From Hemiscyllium ocellatum (lineage: Eukaryota): a DNA stretch of 64,000 nt. The translations under genes were made by a program, and so were the position numbers. Positions 24,300 through 36,415 of the stretch are shown piece after piece. How positions within the stretch are numbered: position 1 is the first letter of the stretch; each line of letters starts with the position of its first letter. Under the pieces are notes generated by a model. It was not told the DNA's origin and searched no databases. It saw only the letters and a program-made list of their open reading frames with translations. Location: positions 37,783,090-37,847,089 of the forward strand of contig NC_083435.1 of assembly GCF_020745735.1 (NCBI RefSeq), written 5' to 3'.

Positions 24300-27200
24300 G
24301 TGTGATCTAACCAAAGCACAATGACCTTTATCACCAGAGGGTTTGACGATAGGAGTGAAGACATCTTGCTACATTTGGGGAGCCTCAGTCCGAGGGTATC
24401 GTGTGCAGTTCCGGTCTCTTTACCTTTAGAGCCTTTGGCCTGAAAAGCCAGTGCTGATACATGGCTCCTTTTTAAACTAAAATCCTTTTACCTCCCTGCG
24501 ATCTGCATCCCTCTATCTCTCGCTGATTCATTTTTCTGTGAAGATGCCTCTTAATTGCTATTATACCGGCTCCTACCACTGCCTCTGGCAGCACATTCCA
24601 CGTATTTACCAGCCTGTGTTTCTAAAAAAACTTGCTTCTCACATCTCCTTTGAACTTTCCCCCCTTTACTTTAAACCTATGTCCCCTGGTATTTGACATT
24701 TCTACCCTGGGATAAAGACCCTGAGAATTCATTCTATCCATGCCTCTCATAATTTTGTAAACATGCATCAGGACAGCCCTCAGTCTCCATTCAAGTGAAA
24801 ACAAACCAGGTTTGTCGAATCTCTCCTCATTGCTCATACCCTCCAAACCAGGCAACCCCCAGGTCAACTGTTTCTGTATCCTCTCCAAAACCTCCACGTC
24901 ATTTTGTTAGTGTGGCAGCCAAAACAATAATGTGCTACTTATCTTTTCATTTTACGTATACTGACCTCACTCAAGAGACTTTCATGTGATAAATTATCGA
25001 AAGCCTTTAGTAAATCCGAATAGTGCATTATTCCTACCTCCATTTAATGAACAAAAGGCTTGGTCAGTAGTAGTCACTAGGCCCACAGGGATAATCCTCA
25101 ATTCCAAACCGACCCCAAATAACCTTTGACTCCCGGTTGGTCAAGAATAGATCAACACTACCTTTAAAAAATGTTAATGTCCCTGCATTCACTGCTTTCT
25201 GGAGAAACAGGTTCTGAAGATTCACAATCCTCTGACAGAAAAGAAATTTTCTCCCAGTTCATTGAAATGGAAGATCCCTCATTTTTAAACTAAGAATCCA
25301 ATGATTCTAGTCTCTCCCACAATAGAAACATTTTTTCAGCATCCACATTATCAAATCCCCTCAGGATCTCGTGTGTTCCAGTAAGAACATCTCTCCTACT
25401 TCTAAACTATAATGAATAGAGGCCCAACCTGTCCAACATTCTTCAGAAGGTAACCTAGCAACCCCTTCTCAGAACGGCTTCTGATACATCTATATCTTTA
25501 TCTTACATGAGGGGATCATACCTGTGGGTGGTCCTGCAGATGCTGTAGTACCAATGCCTTGTAAACTTTAACACAACATCCTTTTATGCATCAACTCTTA
25601 CATTAAACTGCAACATTTAATTAGCCTTCCGAATCACTTGCTGTACCTGCATCCTAACTTTCTGTGAATCATGTATCTTAACCCTTCAGAGTTCCACAGT
25701 CTCTCTCCCTTTAAATGAGATATTACTCCCTATTCTTGCTGCCAAAATGGACAAGGTGTGTGGAACACGTTGCCAGCAGAGGTAGTAGAGGCGGGCACAT
25801 TAGATTAATTTACGTTGTGTCTGGACAGACGCATGAGTAGGTGGGGAGCAGAGGGATACAGATGCTTAGGAATTGGGTGACAGGTTTAGACAGTGGATTT
25901 GGATCGGCTCAGGCTTGGAGGGCCGAAGGGCCTGTTCCTGGGTTGTAAGTTTTTTCTTTGTTCTCTCTTTGGTCAAGGTCATATTAACCATATTCTAAAC
26001 CAGCTGTCATATGCTTGTCCATTTATATCCCTCTGCAGACTCCAGTGTCTCTTTACTACTAACTTTGCTGCCTTTCTTTGAATTATCAATAAATTTGGTA
26101 ACCATCTATTTAGTTCCTTAAACCAAATTGATCTACATTGTAAATAATTAAGGCCTCTGCACTGATCACTGTGACTCTTCATTCGTCACATCTTGCCAAC
26201 CTGAAAATGACAGGTTTTTACATAATCTATCTCTCATATTAGGTCATCAATCCTCTGTCTACGCAACTTCACGTTACCATTGGTATGTGGTAACCTGTGA
26301 TGTGGTCTCTTGTGAAATGCTTTCTGGCAACCTGAGGTCACAATTTCCACAATGTTCCCTTTGACCAGTTGCTTGCTACTTTCTCAAAGAAATAAATTAG
26401 TCAAATATGATTGCAGTTTCACAAAAGCACATTGACCCAACCTGATTGCACTGAGATTGTTGAGGTATCTGTGTACAGCCTCTTTTATTAACATTCCAGC
26501 ATTTTCCCTGTGACAGAAGTGAGTGAACTGACCTGTACTTTCCCACCGTCTGTCTCTTGAAGAGAGGAGTCAAGTTGACTATTTTTCAACCTTACGGACT
26601 TTAGGAAATTTAAAACAAATGCATCCTTTGTCTCAGCGATGACTTCATAGATTCCCTACAGTATGGAAACAGGCCTTTTAGCCCAACAAGTCCACACTGA
26701 CCCTCCAAAGAGTAATCCACCCAGACCATTCCCCTTACCCCTGACTAATGCACCTAACCTACACACCCCTGAACACTATGGGCAATTTAGCACAGCCAAT
26801 TCACCTAACCTACACATCTTTGTGATTGTGGGAGGAAACCCACGCAGACAATGGGAGGATGTGCAAACTCCATTCAGGCAGTTGCCCGAGGCTGGGATTG
26901 AACCAGGGTCCCTGGCGCTGTGAGTGCCAACTGCTGTGCCACCTCCTTTTAAGACGCTAGGAAGAGGATGGTAAGAGAGTTCAAAACTAGAGGGCATAGG
27001 TTTAAGGTGAGAGGGCAAAGACTTTAAAAGGATGATAAGGCACAGTGTTTTCACAGAGGGTGGCGTGTGTATGGAATGAGCTGCCAGGGGAAGTGGTGGA
27101 GGCTGGTACAATTACAACATTTAAAAGGGATCCAGATAAGGAAGGGTTTCGAGGGAAATGGGCCAAATGCTGGAAAATTGGATTGGATACATTTAGGATA

Positions 27201-28950
27201 GCTGGTCGGCTTGGATGAGTTTGACTGCAGGGTCTTTTTTCATGCTGTCCATCTGTATAAGTCTATGATCTGGGAGTTTGTCAGTGTGTGTTCTGACAGC
27301 TTTTTCAATAATCCTGAGGGATTATCATTGTCTCCTTTTCTCGTCTGATTCAGAAATATTTTGGTGATTTTGTTTATCCTCAAAAACAAAGTACCTTCTC
27401 AATTCATCCACCTATTCAGTATTTAGTTTTATTAATGTGATTTGGGTGAACCTACTGGAAAGGTTAACATTCAGAAAGCGTACAATAGGGAAAAGTGGGT
27501 CGTATTCAGGTGAGCAGGCTGTGGTCAGTGAGACACCACAGGAAACTGTGCTGGGGATCTGGCTATTCACAATTTAAACTTATTATTGGGATGTGGGATT
27601 AAATTTAATGTTTCCAACTTGGCAGATGGCACTAAATTAGATATTAGAGGAGGTTGTAAGAAGGGTACAAGATGACTTGCAAAGGCTAAGTGAGTGGACA
27701 AGAACATTCACACATGGAATGGAATGTGGAGGAATGTGAGGTTATCCACATTGGTGAGGGATCAGAAATACAGCGTGTTTCTTACATCTGATCTCTCATA
27801 AACATCCATCAGCCAGGGGGACTGGGTCTGACCTTCACATCATCAATACATTGGGAAATAAAACCTGGCACCTCCTTCAGTTTAATACAAGCTTGGAGAA
27901 AAGTTCAAAACTTACCTGGAAGTTGCGCTGTGTGTTTGATATCCTAATGTTTGGTCTTTGTTGTACCTCCGTCTCCAAATAGCCGTTTGGTAGTTCAGAG
28001 CTTCAGTGTTGCTGAAGAAAAAGACACATTTTGAGTTTTTCATTTGCACTCATCAGGGGAATTCACGTGAGTGTTAATGTAAAGGGAAAGCAACATATAT
28101 GAGAGAAGAGTGCTGATTGGTTAGCAAGTGGGCTCTGATGGAGGTGTTGCCATGGAGAATGTAGCACTTAGTGATTGACGGCGATAACAGCTCGGCTTTG
28201 TTCAGATTTTCCCCAAGACCCACCATGCTGTAGGATGGGTGATGCAGGAAGGAGTACCGGGGACTTGTGAGAAAGGTACAGCAGTGAACATAGGTGATTT
28301 TATTCCATAAATATATAAGTAAGAAAGATTGGTAAATTCTGTGGATGATGAGTTCATAAAATATTTTGGGGACAGTTTCATGGAGCAGCATGTTGTAAAG
28401 ATAACCAGAGAGTAGGTTGGTTACATCTGATAATGTACAATGAGACAGGGTTAATTAATAATCACAGAATAAAGTTGCTTCGAGGGAGCAGTTATCCCAA
28501 TATAATCAAACATCCCATTCTGTTTGAGGAGGACCAGTGTGGATTTAAGACTATGGTTTTAAACTTCACTAAGGGTAGTTCTGGGGGCTTGAAGATAGAG
28601 AAATTAGGCTCAGGGATGGGTCAATGAAGGTGCAGTGTCAGCCATTTATGGAGATATATTTCACAGTACCAAGATTCCTCCTCAGTGGAAGGTAAGATTC
28701 TAAGGGAAGAATATGTCACTTATGGCCAACTAAAGGAAGTTAAGTGTAGTCTAAGGTTGAAACCACAAGTGTCCCATTCCAGAAATGTCAGGTCAGAAGA
28801 TTGGCCAGAAGGACTGCAAAGAATAACTAACAGATTAATAAGGATGGAAAATAGAGTATGCTAGTTAGAAATAAACAGTAAGGGTATTTATGGATATTTA
28901 AAAAGGAAAGGAATAAGGTAAGTGAGCATTGGTCATCTAGAGAGTGAGCC
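24300..28950. mobile_element. Mosaic of old CR1 fragments and SINEs in intron 5
   Basis: Multiple degenerate CR1 RT/3' pieces on both strands; SINE at about 26645-26940 (minus). Confidence 0.6.
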
Positions 28951-28984
28951 TGGACAGTGAATAAGAACATAACAAATGAATAAT

Positions 28985-29735
28985 TTGGAGGAGCCAGTGT
29001 TAGACTGGGGTGTACAAAGTTAAAAATTACACAACACCAGGTTATAGTCCAACAGGTTTATTTGGAAGCACTAACTTTCAGAGCGTTGCTCTTTCATCCG
29101 GTGGTTGTGGAACAGGACCATAAGACACAGAATTTATAACAACAGGATTGCAGTGTCATGGAATGTAATATTAAACAAATTTAGCTTGAGTCTTTCATCT
29201 TTTAGTATGATCATGTTAGCTTCGGTTCCTTCATAGGAACCCAGAATCCCAGAACTTTTTTTAAAGTTACATTCTCAAGATAGCTTTAACAATAGGTGCC
29301 ATTTCAGCTCTGATAGTGCGTTGAAGGTGTGAGGTTAATGTTAGGTCAGACTGATTCTATTTCCAAAGTGGGATTTAAGACTTTTACACAGATTTATGCA
29401 GTTTTTGAGCAAAATAAAGTGTAATTCTGCAAGTACAAATTCACCTCACAAACTTATGTGGGTGTATGTTAGGGGAAACCGAGTGTGTGTGTGCAAGTGG
29501 GTGGGTGTGGGGGTGTGAGTGTCTGTGAGAGAGTGTGTGTCTATGCGAGATTGTAATGGGGTATATGTCTGTGAGAGGGTGCTGTGTGTGAGTCTGAGTG
29601 TGGGGGAAGTATTTGTGAGCATATGAGAGAGAGCATGTGTATGAGAGTGTGTGTGTGTGTGTATGTGTGTGCGTATGTGTATGTGTGCGTGCGCGTGTGT
29701 GTATATAGTGCAGTGGGATCACCTGTAGTGCAACA
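28985..29735 (-). mobile_element. Penelope-like 3' end with internal (CA)n/(TG)n tract
   Basis: Same family as 41040-41965 in opposite orientation (shared cactacaggtga and ataaacctgttggactataacc segments). Confidence 0.7.
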
Positions 29736-30643
29736 AACAAGAGGCCAGCTCTTCAGGCCTACTCCACCATTCATTTTCTGATAGTCCACATTATTTTCCT
29801 GCATTGTCCTCATATCCCTTGATGTTCTTTAATATGCCAAACATTATTGATCTCAGTCTCAACATACGAACAATTGAGCATTCCCAGCCTCCCGAGACAG
29901 TCCGTACCGATGCATCACCGGGTTCTGAGTGAATGAATTCCTTCCCACCTCAGACCTCAGTGAGGTACCCCCTAATCTGGGCTGAGTCCCACAGGCATTA
30001 ATTCCTAACTCCCAGCCAACCTCCATTGACCCTGTTGACCACTGGAAAATGGGTTATGTTTGGGTGAGATCATCTCACATTCTTCTAACTCAAGAGAATA
30101 AAGGCCCAGTTTTCTTAACTTTACTTCCTGGGGCAATCATTCCATCACAGTAATTAGTTTGGTAAAATTTCTATCTGCACCAAGTATATTTTTCCATTGG
30201 TACGGACACCTAAACTACACACAGTAGTTTAGGTGACATCTCAATAGAATTGCAGTAAAGTGTCTTTACTCCTGTACTCAAATCCCCTTACACTGAGGGA
30301 CAGCATGTCATTTGCTTTAATTGCTTGCTGTTAACTGTAACTTTCAGTTCCCATGAACAAGGACAATAAAGTCCCTTTGAAGTTCAACACTTATCATTTG
30401 AGAAATGATAAGCCTATTACCATCTGTTCAATCTTATCGTGCCAAATGTATCTCATTATCAATACACTTAGAAATTAAATCTGGCACAACCTCAGATTTA
30501 ATATAATCTTAAAGAATTTCAATAGAAAACTTACTTTGTCTTAACCTGTGTGTAAGTTGGGCTGTGTTGGCATTGCGAAGTTTAGTCTTCATTGTATATC
30601 TCTGTCTCACCAAACAAATAGACATTTGGTAATACAGAATTTA

Positions 30644-30940
30644 CAAGTACACAATCCTTTATCCGAAATCCTTAATGTTCTTGTAAAACATTTTTCTTTG
30701 TAACAAGGTTGTTTGCAAACGGTTATCCCAACTTCACACCCACTTGACCCACGTCTCACTCAGACTTGGTGGCGTGGCCCAGCATTAGCAGGGGTCAATT
30801 CTGTCTCAGGGCTTATAGTACTCCCAGGTATGTCTGCTGTTTGGTAAGAGTTTTAAAATTTCACTGTTTAACTGTCATTTATTCCAAAATCTGAAAAACA
30901 GCTGGCCACCGAGGGTTTTGGATAAAGGAATGTGTACCTG
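30644..30940. mobile_element. Tc1/mariner (Tigger-like) MITE, 297 bp
   Basis: TIRs caagtacacaatcctttatcc / ggataaaggaatgtgtacctg (19/21 match); preceded by TA, followed by TG. Confidence 0.7.
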
Positions 30941-31269
30941 TGGTACTGCTGAAAGTATTTATACGGTATGAGAGAACAGTGCTGATTGGTTGGCAAGTGG
31001 ACTTTGGTAGACATTGCTTGGAGAATGCAACAGTTAATGACGGTTGATTGTGAACTGACAGACATCATTTTGCTTTCAAACTCGGCAGGTTGGCTCTGAT
31101 TAGTCAGGCATTGCCCTGAGAAATGAAGCAGTGAATGGCTGTCACCTTGTCTTTAATTGAACCATCACAGTGCAGGCACACGTGCTTTCTGTTAGAACAA
31201 GTCAGAGCACTGGCAACTGATATATCGAGTACACATCCAGTACACAAAAGGGTGCGAGTCTGAACAGTG

Positions 31270-31960
31270 GGATCTTGGAGCTCAGGTGCAGTGTGAAAGT
31301 GAAGTCACAGGTAGACACAGGGCAGTGAGGAAGGCTTTTGGCACACTGCCCTTCATTAGTCAGGGCAGTGAGGATAGAAGTTGAGAAGTTATGTTGCAGT
31401 TATACATTGGTGAGGCCAAGCTCAAGTATTGTGTTCTGTTGTGGTCACCTTGTTACAAGAGGGATGTTATTAAACTGGAAAGGGTGCAGAAGAAATTTAC
31501 AAGGATGTTACCAGGGCACAACAGTCTGAGTTATAGGGAGAGGTTGGACCAGCTAGGACCTTTTTCTTTAAAGCGTAGGAGACTGAGAGGGGATCTTAGA
31601 GAGGTGTATCACATCATGAGAGGCATGGATAGGGTGAATGCACTCAGTCTTTTTCCCAAGGTTGGGGAATCCAGTACAAGACGACATCAGTTTCAGGTTA
31701 GAGGGGGACGAATAAAAGGGAACCAGAGGGGCAACGTGTTTATACAGAGGGTGGTATGCAGATGGAATGAGCAGCTAGCAGAAGTGGTTGGGACGGGTAC
31801 ATTAACAGCATTTACAAGGCATTTGGACAAATACATGGATAGGAAAGGATTAATAGGATATGGGCCAAGTGCAGGGAAATGGGGTTAGCGTGGGTGGATA
31901 TTTTGGTCTGCATGGACCAGTCTGGGCCGAAGGGCCTGTATCTGTGCTGTAGGCCTCTCT
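31270..31960 (+). mobile_element. 5'-truncated CR1 LINE
   Basis: ORF 31391-31888 KYCVLLWSP...LERVQKKFTRMLPG; CR1 tail. Confidence 0.9.
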
Positions 31961-32769
31961 GACCCTCAATCCTACATTGGTTGTCAGCATAATTCCATGC
32001 ACACTCAGCATTATCCAACAAATGCTGTCCAGTTGTAGAATCGCATCTAATGTTAGACACTGTCTTTTTCATTTTGTAACCATGTCTCTGTCATAGCTGT
32101 CAGATTAAAACTAATTGTGCTCTCAATTCATTCCATCGGTGATAAACGCTTTGCAAATTCAGATACAGAGCCTTTAGTTCTGTCTTTTTAATATTCTTGT
32201 AACTTCTAGTTTCATCTCCAGTGCACACCTAACGTGTATGCTCTGTCCCTTCCTTCCATACACTGATCATCATTTCCCTTATTGGTATCTAGATCTCTTG
32301 CTTTATCTTTTCCAGTTAAGACCTGATTGTGTTTGCTGACACAAGTGCATGCACGCTCGGTGTTACTTTTAATTCCCACGTGTCTGGGGGAATGGGGGGA
32401 GCAAGGCCCAATATCTCCCACAGTATGATCTGTGCTGATGTCCTGAACCCTAATGTCTCCCACAGGGTCTGCACGCTACAGGGGGTGCTGATGGTACCTG
32501 CCTGAGGGGGAATGGGTCCGAGGAAGCTGGATAAGTGGTAATGGAACCGGAGAAAAGGTGGGAACAGGCCCAGGAAATTGGGGGTGTGCTCAGTAGAGGG
32601 GATTGGAAGGCAACATGGTTCCCAAGAAATGGTGGGGATGGACCTGGGAGAGGGGGAAGGAGTGGGGGAGGGAAAAGGGAAAGGGAGGGAGGGTTGGAAG
32701 GAGGAGGGCTGGAGGCTTCCTGGGTACCGCTTACACATTCCTTCCCCTTCTGCATTCCCACTACCTCCT

Positions 32770-33300
32770 CATTAACCATGTCCTCATTCCCCTCCCTCCC
32801 CCACGTACCCACCCCCTACATCCTCAATCCCCTCCACCCCCACGTGCCTATTCCCCACCCCCTATGTCCTCAATCCCCTTCCCTCCCCCCCCCCCCCGTG
32901 CCCATTCCCTTCCACCCATGTCCTCATTCCCCTCCACCAACGTGCCCATTACCCTGCCCCCCACATCCTCAATCCCCCCCCCCCACTCCAGTGCCCATTC
33001 CCTTCCACCCAGGTCCTCAATCCCCTCGACCCCACGTCCTCATTTCCCCCCCCCCACGTCCTCAATCCCCTCCCCCCATGTCCTCATTCCCCTCCCCCCA
33101 TGTCCTCAATCCTCTCCACTCCCAAGTGCCCGTTCCCCTCCACCCACGTCCTGAATCCCCTCCACCCCCACGTGCCTGTTCCCCGCCCACATTCCCATTC
33201 TCTTCCCCTCCCCCTTACATCCTCATTCCCCACCATGTCCTCTCTCCCCATCCATCCGGTCCTCACTCCCACCATATCCCGATCCTGTGTCCTCACTCCC
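32770..33300 (+). repeat. C-rich degenerate minisatellite (cctcaatcccctccacccccacgt-like), with a short inverted copy at 33900-33955
   Basis: Repeated cctca(a/t)tcccc motifs; the reverse complement reappears at 33900-33955. Confidence 0.85.
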
Positions 33301-33321
33301 TCTCACTGATCCCTGCTTCAG

Positions 33322-33368
33322 AAACATACACAAATGCAGAGAAAAAAATTTGTATGACATACATGTAA
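33322..33368 (+). CDS. Candidate short cytoplasmic exon of the class I gene (ETYTNAEKKICMTYM*)
   Basis: Acceptor ccctgcttcag/; phase-1 entry is open and carries a YxxA motif like class I tails; possible donors gtatga (33352) and gtaagt (33365). The pyrimidine tract could derive from the adjacent minisatellite. Confidence 0.3.
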
Positions 33369-34040
33369 GTTTGGCATGATGCTGGAATGTGCCTGGAATT
33401 GGGCGTGTTTCCGGATTAACATGGATGCACAGTGTCAGCAAACACTGCCTGAATTTTTCACATCTTCCCAAAGGTTCTCCCTTAGCCTTGAACTAAACAG
33501 CAGGGATGTCACTGTACAACTCAGCAGGACACTGGACATAGCACAGGTCAGGTGAGCAGTGCCCCCACTTTGCCCAGTTCGACAGCAAGTGCCCTCCAAG
33601 GTGCTCATTATCCCACAAAACCAACTCTTGCTGTTGTTGCCAATGTGGAGGATGATCTGGGATCATTCCCTTCCTACTGCCAGATCCTCTTTAACCCTGT
33701 GCTGATGTCCTGAACTCAAGTAGCTGCAAGCAACACAATCTTCTGAACTCTCAGCTGCAGAGAACTTAGTCTATCTCACTGAAAACGCTGATCCCTACCA
33801 CTTATATATTCCCATTAATTCTCCACACATCAATGGCATTGTGTACCATGGAGCCCTCGTCCATTCGCTCCTCCACCCTCTAGCCCCTGTGCTTCCAGGG
33901 GAGGGGATTGAGGACGTAGGGGGTGGGGAATGAGGACGTGGGGGGCAGGGTAATAGACAATTAAGTACTAGTACCCTTGACTACTGAACGAATCAAAGAC
34001 CCTTTGGGAAAGGGTGTGACTGCCTCCTGGACTGAGGGAT

Positions 34041-34193
34041 CCATCACCCTCCCTGATATATCACAGTGGTAACAGCTCAGTCTCCATCACCCTCCCTGAT
34101 ATATCACGGCGTTAACAGCTCAGTCTCCATCACCCTCCCTGATATATCAGAGCGTTAACAGCTCAGTCTCCATCACCCTCCCTGATATATCAC
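34041..34193 (+). repeat. 43-bp tandem repeat, about 3.6 copies
   Basis: ccatcaccctccctgatatatcac(n)taacagctcagtct iterated. Confidence 0.9.
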
Positions 34194-34219
34194 ATCCCAG
34201 TCAGACATCCCAATACGAT

Positions 34220-34990
34220 CTATTGGCCCATATCCCCCAAACCCTTCCTATTGATATACCCATCCAGATGCCTTTTAAATGCTGGAATTGTACCAACCTC
34301 CCCCACTACCTCTGGTAGCTCATTCTGTACATTCCCCACTCTCTGTGTGAAGACGTTCCCCTTTAGATCCCTCTTATATTTTTCCCCTCTCTCCCTAAAC
34401 CTATGCCCTCTGGTATTGGTCTCCCCCAACCTTAAGAAAAAATCTTGTCTTTTAATCCTATCCGTACCCTTAATTTTATAAACTTCCTGAAGATCACCCC
34501 TCAGCCTCCGACGCTCCAGGGAAAATAGCCTCGGCCTATTCAGCCCCTCCCTATCACTCAAACCCTCTAATCCTAGCAGCATCATGGGAAATCTTCTCTG
34601 CATCCTCTCAGCTTTAGCACCATACTTCCTGTAGACAGGTTGTACGCATCATTCCAAAAACAGTCTTATCAATGTCCTGTACAGACGCAGTATATACTCC
34701 CAATTCCTATCCTCAAGGCTGTGCTCAATGAAAGCAAGCATACCGCGTCTCCTTCCTGTCCACCTGGAACTCCACTTTCAAGGAACTATGCCCCTGTACC
34801 CCCAAGGTTTGTTTGTTCAGCAGCTCTCTCCAGGGCCCTGCCATTTACAGTATAAGGCTTATCCTGATTTGTCTTTCCAAAACACAACACCTCACATTTA
34901 CCTACATTGAACTCCATCTGCCATTCCTCAGCCCATTGTTCTGTCTGATCAAGGTCCCATCGTACTCTGATATAACCTTCTTCACTGTCC
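34220..34990 (-). mobile_element. 5'-truncated CR1 LINE
   Basis: Minus-strand ORFs QMEFNVGKCEVLCFG and QRRFPMMLLGLEGLS...FTQRV. Confidence 0.85.
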
Positions 34991-35019
34991 ACACCATCAC
35001 CTATTTCAATGCTCATAGA

Positions 35020-35365
35020 GCAGACTCCCTGCAGTGTGAAAACAGGCCATTTCGCCCACAAGTCCACGCTGATCATCGGAAGAGTAACCCACCCAGACCC
35101 ATTCCCATCCCCTACTATCTTACATTTAGCCCTGATTAAACCACCTCACCTACACATCCCTGACCATTATGGGGTAATTGAGCATGGCCAATTCAACTGG
35201 CCTGCATATCTTTGGACTGTGGGAGGAAACCAGAGCACCCGGAGGAAACCCACGCCAACACAGGGAGAATGTGCAAACTCTACACAGAGAGTCACCCAAG
35301 GCTGGAATTAAACCTGGGTCCCTGGAGCTGTGAGGCGACAGTGCTAACCACTGAGGCACTGTGCT
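35020..35365 (-). mobile_element. tRNA-derived SINE
   Basis: Reverse-strand A/B box head at about 35310-35365. Confidence 0.85.
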
Positions 35366-35611
35366 GCCTCAGTATCATTTGCAAATTAACTAACCATGCC
35401 TCCTATATTTGTTTCTAAATCATTTTATATAAACGACAAGAAGCAGTCAGCTGATTCAACAAGAAATCCAAAACAGCTGTTCGATATAAATCCTTGAAAA
35501 GAACTTTAAAATGTAATGATTCCAAATTTACTGTTACTGGCCTGTTAATAGGGACATTTACATTTTTCTCAGTTATAACGCGGTTTAATATTTTCATTAA
35601 TTCCCGCTCAG

Positions 35612-35935
35612 GTCTTTCTGGAGACCGGGCCCACCCTCCATCAGCAGGAAGTCATGGATAAGAATGTGGAACTGAAGCTGATGAGCAAATCTGAGGCCCA
35701 GCTCAAAACACAGCCCTTACAGAGAGAGTCCAAATATCCACATGGCCTGGAGGAAGGGAATGAAGCCGTAAATAAAGAAGAGAGTCCCTCAGAAACAGAC
35801 AAATTAAATCCTGCTAGCAATGTTTCTGATGGAAACACAGTGAAATATCATCTAGGTAGCCATGTAACTGAATTCTTAACCACCAGTGAGGAACAAGAGG
35901 CAATGCAGAGTTTATTCAGAAAGAACCTGTTCTGA
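35612..35935 (+). CDS. Putative terminal cytoplasmic-tail exon of the in-window class I gene (acceptor and frame uncertain)
   Basis: Paralog of 1814-2145. The long frame VFLETGPTLHQQEVMDK...SLFRKNLF* needs phase-0 entry at 35612. Direct phase-1 joining from the TM exon gives GLSGDRAHPPSAGSHG* (stop 35659-35661). Confidence 0.45.
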   Translation, partial: VFLETGPTLHQQEVMDKNVELKLMSKSEAQLKTQPLQRESKYPHGLEEGNEAVNKEESPSETDKLNPASNVSDGNTVKYHLGSHVTEFLTTSEEQEAMQSLFRKNLF

Positions 35936-36077
35936 ATGACCAAGTCAAGCCTAGACTGTGTCTCCCAGAGTTTGAAGGACTAACATTAATTGCAAGGAAC
36001 ATAGAAATTGAAATGAATGTGGATGGCAAGTTGTGCTCACAAGGGAAAGGAAGGTCTGGTCAGCTTCACAATTGTAT

Positions 36078-36415
36078 TTCATAGAATCTCTATAATGCAG
36101 AGGCAGGCCATTTGACCCATCAAGTTCACACTGACCCTCTGAACAGCATCCTACCAGAGCCATCCCCCCCAGCCCATCCCTGTAACCCTGCATTTTCCAT
36201 TGTTAATCCACTTTGCCTGCACATCCGTGGACATTATGGGAAATTTATCATGGTCAATCTGCCTGACCTGCAAAGCGTTAGACTGTGGGAGGAAACCGGA
36301 GCACCTGGAGGAAACCCACACAGACACGGGGAGAAAACTCCACACTAACAGCAACCCGAGGCTGGAATCGAACCTGGATCCACGGCACTGTGAGGCAGCC
36401 TGAGTCACCGTGCCA
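36078..36415 (-). mobile_element. tRNA-derived SINE, equivalent insertion to 2295-2655
   Basis: Same flanks as in copy 1. Confidence 0.8.

Noticed and set aside
28057-28066. 10-nt micro-exon (cag/gggaattcac/gtgagt)
   Set aside because: Phase 1->2 leads to no convincing downstream frame.
30799-30816. 18-nt micro-exon with good splice sites
   Set aside because: Lies inside the MITE and encodes nothing tail-like (GLIVLP).
32535-33368. 277-aa proline-rich ORF
   Set aside because: Arises from G-rich and C-rich low-complexity DNA lacking stops; only the last 47 nt are kept as an exon candidate.
34041-34193. Repeat array resembling CRISPR
   Set aside because: Units are contiguous 43-bp near-copies without unique spacers, there are no cas genes, and the context is vertebrate.
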